The notes under the pieces are model-generated. The model searched no databases, was not told where the DNA came from, and saw nothing but the letters and a program-made list of their open reading frames with translations. Of a DNA stretch of 64,000 bases, positions 55,215 through 64,000 are shown one piece after another. Each line of letters opens with the position of its first letter. Within the stretch, counting starts at the first letter, position 1. Made by a program: the position numbers and the translations under genes. This stretch comes from Pocillopora damicornis (Eukaryota): positions 372,001 to 436,000 of the forward strand of contig NW_020846595.1 of assembly GCF_003704095.1 (NCBI RefSeq), read 5' to 3'.

Positions 55215-56883
55215 NNNNNNNNNNNNNNNNNNNNNNNNNNNNNNNNNNNNNNNNNNNNNNNNNNNNNNNNNNNNNNNNNNNNNNNNNNNNNNNNNNNNNN
55301 NNNNNNNNNNNNNNTGATTTAGGATAATCTAGGTTTTATACTCTTTCAAATGAATTATTTTGTGCTTAATAATTTGTTTTTAGAATATTTTCACTCATTT
55401 GTCAAATAAACTTCTCAGGTCCGCTCAGTCAAACGACATAATTATTGGCTGTTTTGCCTTTAGTTTACTATAATGATCACTTTTAAGTCGCCATGGATGT
55501 CTAGCAAGCCACCTGGGTTTATTTTTAATGTGGTTTCTCGAAATTCTGCTGCTACTTTTCCTCTTAGCGTTGAGAAACAAACCGAAAAAGTTATAACTAT
55601 CTCGTCTTCTTGGCCCCCTTTAATACTCCTTTTTACTTCAAATGGGCTGTATCGAGTTAAACGATATTCTGGGCTTTTCATTTTTTTTTTTAATACGAGT
55701 CAATTTATACTAAAACTTATTCAGTTTTTTCTCTGAAGAAATGAACGGAAGAGGAGTTGTAAGGCTTCTAACAATAATTATTACTTTCAAAAAATACATT
55801 AGTCACCGATATCACAGGTGCAAACAACATCAAACGGTCATAAACCGTGTATTTTGGTCGCGAAAGCCAATTTCAAAATAAAAATTCAAAATTAACAAGT
55901 TCGGTCCGAGTGCCATATAATGACCTATTCGCCCACCTTGCTTGAGCCGCACTGGAGAATATTGGCTCTCATGCTGTCACTGAAGAAGTTCCCTCTACAA
56001 ATGAATGCGGGTAACTCGTTCTTAAGTTAGATAGCTCAATGCAAGGCTGGATTTGAATTTAAAACAAACAAGAATTGAGGACGTGACGAGGTGGCGAGTA
56101 CGCAAATAGACTTATGTAATGATATTTAACGAAGTTTGACAGCATGTCTCAGAATCATCGCGTACGACAAAGGATGTTGTTTGAAAATGGAGAAAGCGTC
56201 ATGCCTGTAAACGGAAAATAGTACTGCCTACGGCGATCATTGAGTGTTTAGCGGTCCTCTGTCAGCTGTTTACGTCTGGAAACGAAAACGTTCACACTAA
56301 ATGCGAAAAAAACCGATGTTTGCCAACTGATTCAAAAATATTTTGAAGTTAGGAAATTTGTGATTGGTGGATTTAGCTGAGTGAACGTAATCAACCATCC
56401 GATTACAACTCCACGGAGTAATTAGTGAAAAATAACACAGCTAATGCACCAATTCACCCTTTGGGCTTTAGATTTCACGTGTAGTGTCAAGTGACTTTTA
56501 GTGTAAACAAACCCCGAAAGTTCGGACATTGCGTCGAGTTCGTAGCACATGAATTTGACAAATTTTCTTACATAACTTCCCACTTTCAAGAAGCGTTTCT
56601 TCGCTCAAAATTAACATTTTTCTTTTATCATTTATTTGATCGTTTATCAAGCAAGTAGTTATTTTGAAGAATGTCACAGGAAGAATTGCGGCATGGAATA
56701 ATCGAACTAGTTCTGCGTACAGTGATGTANNNNNNNNNNNNNNNNNNNNNNNNNNNNNNNNNNNNNNNNNNNNNNNNNNNNNNNNNNNNNNNNNNNNNNN
56801 NNNNNNNNNNNNNNNNNNNNNNNNNNNNNTCCTACGTTTTCTATTTTTGCAGGCCTAGCAAGGAAGAGAGGTTCTTTTTTGCC

Positions 56884-58116
56884 ATGGATGAGTCAGAAAA
56901 TGCGATTAACTCGACTGCCTCGCCAGGCATTCACAATCTTGATGTCTCACCAACTATGATGACATTTTCCATAATTTACGTCATCATTATCATCGCTTCG
57001 CTGTTGGGAAATATCACAGTTTGTGTGGTCATACTGACCACCAGATCCCTGCGGCAATCCATCAACTCGTGCTTCATCCTCTCCCTGGCAGTTTCTGATC
57101 TGATAACAACTTGTCTGGTGATGCCGTTTGACTTGGAGCAGATCATTTCATTCGGGCGCTGGAGACATGGTGAGATCATGTGCAATGTCTGGACGACAAC
57201 ATACTTAATTGCTGTACCCACGTCCATTCTAAGCTTGTTGGCTTTGACAGTTTATCGATACCGACTCCTTCAAGAACCTCTGGACATCTACAAGGCATCG
57301 CCACTGATGACTCGCAGGCGCGCCTCTATAGTCGTTTGCTGTTTATGGGCATACTCCATACTCTTTTCATTCGCCCCAGTCTTTGGCTGGAAATGGCGTC
57401 CGAGAAGTGTTTACTTTCAGTACTGTTATTTCAATCTCTCTTTGACTTATTCAGTCTTGAGTTCGATGATAAATTTTGTGACACCAGTTATAATAGCTTC
57501 TCTTCTTAACTGCAGAATGTTCTGCCTCGCAATCAAGTGGTCGCATACTCAGAAAGCTGGCCGCAGAAATGGCAAGACTCATCAAAACCCAACAAGACCT
57601 ACTAATCCAGTCCAAGACAGCGCCATTTCACCCCAAAAAGAACAACAGCTTGTCGAATCCATGCGATTACAACATGAAGCCATCCTCATCAGAAAACTAC
57701 AAGGAAGGAACATTCGCGCAGCCAAGACAACGTTTCTAATCGTTTTCTCGTTCGTGATCTGTTGGCTGCCTCACTCACTTCTTAGCATCATTATCATTTT
57801 GTGCAGGACGTGCGCTTTAAAGATCCCATACTATCTTCAGTGGATCTTTCTCATGATGGGTTATCTTAATTCAGCTATTAACCCCGTTTTGTACAGCTTT
57901 CGGAGTTCTGAATTTAAGAAGGCGTTTAAAGATTTCATCAGAAAAAAGCGCCTCTTTCGAGGTGCACAAATCCGGGCCAAGAACGCACGCGCTATATCTA
58001 TGAAAAGGTGTGCAGTACCTCTACATAATATACCTTCCACCGACGATTTCGGAGTTAATTTGACATTTTACAATCAATTTAATAGTACTAAGGAGATTTC
58101 TGAAGTAAATTTATAA
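56884..58116 (+). CDS. Class A GPCR, biogenic-amine-receptor-like (copy 3, complete)
   Basis: Starts MDESEN and has a complete 7TM with YRY, CWLP and NSAINPVLY. It is highly similar to 47695-48894 but has a shorter ICL3 and a longer C-tail. Confidence 0.92.
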   Translation: MDESENAINSTASPGIHNLDVSPTMMTFSIIYVIIIIASLLGNITVCVVILTTRSLRQSINSCFILSLAVSDLITTCLVMPFDLEQIISFGRWRHGEIMCNVWTTTYLIAVPTSILSLLALTVYRYRLLQEPLDIYKASPLMTRRRASIVVCCLWAYSILFSFAPVFGWKWRPRSVYFQYCYFNLSLTYSVLSSMINFVTPVIIASLLNCRMFCLAIKWSHTQKAGRRNGKTHQNPTRPTNPVQDSAISPQKEQQLVESMRLQHEAILIRKLQGRNIRAAKTTFLIVFSFVICWLPHSLLSIIIILCRTCALKIPYYLQWIFLMMGYLNSAINPVLYSFRSSEFKKAFKDFIRKKRLFRGAQIRAKNARAISMKRCAVPLHNIPSTDDFGVNLTFYNQFNSTKEISEVNL

Positions 58117-58456
58117 CTCTCTCGTCACATACCTTTGGAAAAGTGGGAGTTAGACGAATGAGACAAATTAAAGTATTTGAGCGCAAGTTACACACGTATG
58201 TGAAAATATTGGTAGCGAACACTATCATCAGTTTCGGAGAAATATTTCTGTAATTATAATAAAAAAAATGATAAAATAAACATCAAATATAAAACTCTCA
58301 GCGTGTTTCTGTTTGTCTCAGGCCTGCTGAAAAGGGAGAAATTATCAGCATACTACNNNNNNNNNNNNNNNNNNNNNNNNNNNNNNNNNNNNNNNNNNNN
58401 NNNNNNNNNNNNNNNNNNNNNNNNNNNNNNNNNNNNNNNNNNNNNNNNNNNNNNNN

Positions 58457-59533
58457 GCTGTACAAAACAGGGTTAATGGCTGAGTTAAGATAACCCAACA
58501 TAAGAAAGAAGGTAAGCAATTCAGGATGCTTTGCGATATCGATAGCACATTTCCGACACAGAATGTACGTGATGCTCAGAAATGAGTGAGGCAACCAACA
58601 GACCACGAACGAGAAAACGATCAGAAACGTTGTCCTGGCTGCACGAATGTTCCGTTGTTGTAATTTCCTGATGAGGATGGCTTCATGTCGCGATCGCATA
58701 GATTCGACAGGTTGTTGTTCTGAGGTAGGTGAATTGGAGCTCTCTTGGACTGTACCAAGCCTTGCTGGGTCTTCAATGCTTTCTGGTTTAGCTACTGAAA
58801 CATTCCCTCTCTTTTCTTTCAATCTAGTCATGTGTTTAGTTTTTCCAGCTCGGCGGCCAGTTTTTGGAGGATGCGCCCGCTTGATTGCGACGCAGAACAT
58901 TCTGCAGTTCAGGAAGGAAGCGATTATAACTGGTATCACAAAATTTATCATCGAACTTAAGACTGAATAAGTTAAAGAGAGGTTGAAATAACAGTATTCA
59001 TAATTAACACTTCTTGGAAGCCGTTTCCAGCCAAAGACTGGGGCGAGTGAAAAGAGCATGGAGTATACCCATAAACAGCAAACGACTATAGAGGCGCGCC
59101 TACGAGTCATCAGCGGCGATGCCTTGTAGATGTCCAGGGGTTCTTGCAGCAATCGGTATCGATAAACTGTCAAAGCCAACAAGCTTAGAATGGACGTGGG
59201 TACAGCCATTAAGTATGTTGTAGTCCATACGTTGCACATGATTTCACCATGTATCCAGCGCTGGAATGAAATGATCAGCTCCAAGTCAAACGGCATCACC
59301 AGACAAGCTGTTATCAGATCAGAAACTGCCAGGGAGAGTATGAAGCACGAGTTGATGGATTGCCGCAGGGATCTGGTGTTGAGTATGACTACACAGACTG
59401 TGATATTTCCCAAAAGGGAAGCGATGATGATGATGGCGTAAAATATGGAATATGTGACCATAACTGGTGAGACACCATGATTGTAAATGGTAGGTGAGGC
59501 GGTCGAGTTAGTCGCATTTTCTGACTCATTCAT
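58457..59533 (-). CDS. Class A GPCR, biogenic-amine-receptor-like (copy 4; 3' end in assembly gap)
   Basis: Open from MNESEN through NSAINPVLYS, then N-gap 58357-58456. Nearly identical to copy 1 over ICL3-TM7. Confidence 0.88.
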
Positions 59534-60750
59534 GGCGAACAACAACCTTTCTTCCTTGCTAGGCCTGCAAAAGTGAAAAGAGTAGGAGATATGCTGGCTG
59601 TACATGCGACAACTACAAATATGTATACATGTACTAACATCCAAAATTAAATGTTGCATACATAAAACGGGAATATTTTTTGTTTTTCAGTCGTGTTTTC
59701 GCTTACAATTTTCATCTCTTGAACATTTGATAAGTAACTAAGCCATCCTTTTAGAATCAGTTCAAAATGCATTTTCAACTGATGACAAGCAAGTTTTGGA
59801 TGAGGTTGAGTATGATTTCATGAATCATAAACAGATAACGCAGACACGAGGTTGCATAATTCATGATAGCATGCGAAAACCGAATTCAAGAATTGTTTTA
59901 TTATAGATTTTCAAACGGTCCGCGAGAGAAAACGCTTCCCTTAGAGTCTGAAAAAGTTTGAGAACACCACACGGTCGTAGGGCTTAAAAACTAGGCAGAC
60001 TTTGAGCTCGAACCTAATATATGTGGTGCGGATATTGGGTTATGATGTCAACTTCACACATATGCTCATTGTATACTCTCGACCAATTAGAGTTTTCGTA
60101 ATAAGTATAATAATTTCATTTGGTAATCAATAACGACCTCAGATGAAAGCTTAAAATAGGCTATCGAAGTGATGCAGATTTTCAAAAAGATGGGATATTC
60201 TGAAGTCTGAAATTTTGCAACTCAAAAACTGACTTTGTTTAATGCGAGCGGTGTATTTGACTGAGCTTGTTTATTTGCCGAATTTTCTTGAAAGTTATGA
60301 AACCCATAATTTAAAACAATCGCCTTAATCCTGTCTGATCGTTTCGGAAACAAAATTTGTTTGAAGTAGTATTTTATCGTGTGCAGCGTCAATCTGTCGC
60401 TACGAAATTGCTGCGAGAAAACAGATGACAGCTATTGGGGTACTTAACTAAGGTAATTTGTAATTTTTGCGCAATACTATGATAATGCAGAAAGGCATTC
60501 CCAGGCCTTTTTCCATGAGCTCACCAGCAGGTGAAAATGGAATAAAAGATCAATTTAGACCATAAAAAAGCTTTTTTTACATCCATTTAGTTTTCCTCAA
60601 AATAATTCGTCAGCATTAATTTTCCTCATACGAACATGCTTTGTATCTAAAGAGGTTTATCACTACAAGAGGAGAGATATCTTATCGGATGATACTTGCA
60701 TTTTGACGAATAATATTCTTGTTATTAACAGTTCTCGATCGTTTCATAAA

Positions 60751-60962
60751 TTAAACCTTTCACTCCCAAGATCTAATTAGTAATTCTCCTTACTATTTGC
60801 CATACAATTCTTATGATGTTAGTTCAGAGAATTTGGTATTGGATCAACAAATAATCCCATAATTGATATTCTTCTCTATTCTCATCACCTGCCTGCTTGA
60901 TATTGTATTGACATTGTTAGGAGAAATTCTGTCTTGGTCACTTGTGGGAGTGAAAGGGTTAA
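60751..60962. mobile_element. TTAA MITE copy
   Basis: TTAAACCTTTCACTCCCAAGATC...GGGAGTGAAAGGGTTAA, with high similarity to 4831-5040. Confidence 0.82.
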
Positions 60963-61954
60963 GTATACAAAGAAGATGTTTACAAGGCATTAGGAAAGGC
61001 AAATAGTCTGTTCGTTTAGAAATAAAGGTCTCGCAAATCGGTTTTTTTTTCACTATTTCTTCCCGACTGAGCCCCCAATACTTTTTGTAAACTGTTTTGA
61101 AATTTTGAATTTTGCTGACATACTCATGACATACTGTAGGGAAACGCACCTTTTTTTTTTGTTTTTTTTGTTTTTGTTGTTTTTTTTGCGAAGAAGCAGG
61201 TAAGAATGTGATAGGCACTAGGACTAAAAGCTCTTCTGAAGCGTTTTTTTTATCATGATTTCCAGGCGTCGTGACTTTTACTGTCTTCGAGGAGCTAGCG
61301 AAAGACGGTTCTAGGTTCCATTTCTCATATAAAACTATAGTCAATGATCTAAAATTGTTGCGGGTTCGTTGGCTCGTTCTCGACAAATCGCTGATGCTAG
61401 CAATGAACATTTCAGCCCCTAAAAGTCAGCCATCCTGAAACCTTTAATGGTCACTGGGCGTTTTAATAGGTTGTTATAATATTCAATACTCATGCAACAT
61501 GAAAAAAGACGAATTTGCCGTTTCTTGATGATAATATAACCAACTTCAGAAATGTTTATGATTGAAACTCGACCACTACCTTGTACCTCAATAACAAAAT
61601 CACCCTCTGAGATTACCTCTATGGCTGACTAGTAAGCCAACTGTGTCACGCTCGAATTCGGGAACTGTTTAATCTTCTTGACCATACCTGTCTTTAATGT
61701 TCTTGGGATCTCAGAGTGGCCTGGCTTACTAAATGATGAATTTTCACTCTCTCATCAGCCTTTTACGAGCGAGGCTAATTTCCCATAACAATCAATTTAC
61801 AATGTCACCCATGTATGCAAAATTTCAGCATGTGTATTAGTTAAGGACGCATCAATTAATCCCAAACAAAGCAGAAAGTTGAAATTGAGTGCGGAATTGA
61901 TCCACAGGGGAGTCACGAAAGCATAACCAAACAAAATAGCGGACAAATTAGGTG

Positions 61955-62100
61955 AAAACATGGAAAATGTGATTATAATTGGTGAAACACCAAAATTGTG
62001 AATGGCAGGTGAGGCAGTCGAGTTAGTCACATGTTCTGACTCATTCATGGTGAACAAGAACCTTTCTTCCTTGCAAGGCCCATGAAAATGGAAAACTTAG
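61955..62100 (-). pseudogene. 5' fragment of the GPCR family (MNESEHVTNSTASPAIHNFGVSPIIITFSMF)
   Basis: Homologous N-terminus and start of TM1, followed by unrelated sequence. Confidence 0.75.
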
Positions 62101-62579
62101 GGGAAATCGCTGGCTGTGACAATTACAAATATGCATACATGTACCAGCATTAAGTGACTAAGCCATTATTTTACAAAAAGTTTAAAATGCATTCGTCAAC
62201 TGNNNNNNNNNNNNNNNNNNNNNNNNNNNNNNNNNNNNNNNNNNNNNNNNNNNNNNNNNNNNNNNNNNNNNNNNNNNNNNNNNNNNNNNNNNNNNNNNNN
62301 NNGGAAGTAAGCCGCCATCATCACGATTTAAAGGAGCGTGGGCGGAGTTCATATGCTAGGCTTTCAAACAAAGGCGCCTGTGGTAACGTTGATAAGAGGT
62401 GATAATTTTAGAATTATCCCGGCCACCCAATTGTATGATTAGTCAGGCATGTGTGCTCCGACAGAGCTGAATTTTCTTTTTTGCAAAAGAAGACCGCTTT
62501 TTGATGCTCTCTCAAACGCGTACCAAACTGACGTTTGTTCTTTCCTATATACTCGTGATCACAGTCATTTCACGGAAAG

Positions 62580-63700
62580 AACTCAAAAGAACTCTTCAAA
62601 ATTTATTCATTATTTCCTTTAAATTAACATTCTCTGTGAACCAGGAGAAAGATGTTCCTTGATAATGGTCATACAGTGCAGAATTATATTGTTTTCATTA
62701 TCAAATCTTGATCATTTTATCAAATATCTTTCAAAGGATTAGGAATGGCGAATATTCTGTTCCAAAAATAACGTTCCGGCAGATTCATGTTTGACCAGTT
62801 CCTCCCGTCAATCTCGGTTATATCGTAATCTCTGTAACTATTTTGAGGTCTAGAATGTTTTAGTGACTTAGCCTCGAGGTCAGCTTTAATTTTTACTAAG
62901 CCAGACATCCATACGACCGACGCACTGAGCGGAAACGAACTGTTAGTTTTTACTGAATGAGCAAGCAAGAAAACAGTAGGCCCCGAGACCTTCGCCCTAA
63001 GAAGGGCTAACGCTCGTCACATCAGTTTAAGAGGGCAATTCACATTATCAACTCAGTTAATAGATAGAACCAAGTAGTCTCTGGCTAGTTTGCTGGAATA
63101 AAACTATTGTAGACATCTCGAGAAAGCTAACTCTGCTCTCCACCCTTCGTCCTTACAAGTCAACTATCCTGAAAGCTAAAATGGTCTCTGGATGATTAGG
63201 TCGTCATTTGTTTTAAGGCAAAATATGAAAAAGAAGAAGGTTGTAATTTCGAGGCGAAAATCAACTTCGAAATTAAGTAGTTTATCATTGTCATCAGAGC
63301 ACTGCCTTGCACCTCGGCCGGAAACAAAATCACCATTTGTTGCTAACTATAGTAACTCAAAGTGTGTCACCCTCGCATTTCTGGAAATGAATTGGAAGAC
63401 AAAGTTTTTGGATCATACCTGTCTTTTAGAAAGTTCTTAGGATCTCAATAGAGAGTCTTGATTACTGTTTGACTTTCTCATGGCATGTCTCTAACACGGG
63501 GGCAAGTTTCAGATGACTTTAAATTTAATCAAGATGTTTAGACGTCATCGCCCAGAGTAAATTTTCCATACTAATCGATTGATAAAGTCATTCGCAGTTC
63601 ACTCTACCACTTAATACAACTGATGTCCATTTTTTTGTCAGCAAACACTGATAACGATCTTGAAATATTCTCAAGAAAAGAAACCGGCTGAATAAATGGA
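62580..63700. repeat. Direct copy of ~49900-51010
   Basis: Shared runs such as TTTTGAGGTCTAGAATGTTTTAGTGACTTAG, TTGGAAGACAAAGTTTTTGGATCATACCTGTC and CATCGCCCAGAGTAAATTTTCCATA. Confidence 0.85.
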
Positions 63701-64000
63701 AATTTATTTTTATCAAAACTTGAAAAGGTAAAAAACGGGCAGCTCTAAAAACGTTTTTATCGGAAAAAGTTTCAATGAAAGCGGGTTTCATTTTTTCCAA
63801 TCAGTTGAACGCGTAATTTTCCCCAACTGGAACAATTTTGCACCCTGAAAAATGCCAGTTCGACATTTTTGCCTCATTGCAATGTGTGTGCGAGCGAAAT
63901 ATTCGCAATTTGGCAGTGTTCCTTCGCCCCTGGTCTTCCTGTTTTGTTTACACGAGGAAACAAAAACCACGATGAGACATCTCTTGCTTGGAGGCAATAA

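Noticed and set aside
48008-59441. Recurrent antisense and alternate-frame ORFs (MFRCCNFL..., MDVGTA..., MQCMDD...)
   Set aside because: These are shadows of the duplicated GPCR coding sequences, and their recurrence reflects paralogy only.
60844-61410. 188-aa minus-strand ORF
   Set aside because: Runs through a poly-T tract and a MITE; no coding signature.

Overview
AT-rich, intron-containing animal genomic DNA. It is most likely from an anthozoan cnidarian such as a stony coral; this is inferred from a SPARC without the acidic domain I and from the repeat families, not proven. There are nine N-gaps. From left to right: the 3' end of an integrin alpha gene (+); BARD1 (-) head-to-head with TTC19 (+); a SPARC-family gene (-); DIPK2A/C3orf58-like (-) head-to-head with an SH3BP5-like gene (+); cyclophilin A (-); RPL23 (+); and a ~16 kb locally duplicated array of single-coding-exon class A GPCRs with fragments and a truncated neuropeptide-type GPCR. 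Many short MITEs are present, including a TTAA-flanked piggyBac-type family. The stand-out observation is an unannotated ~294-nt RNA polymerase III gene at 42005-42298 (+), between PPIA and RPL23. It has the full architecture of 7SK snRNA: a 5'-GGA start pairing with the 3' end, a GAUC/HEXIM hairpin, a central conserved segment, a LARP7-type 3' hairpin with an ANGUG loop, a TTTT terminator and a type-3 upstream promoter. Exon boundaries were read by eye from GT-AG sites and frame continuity.
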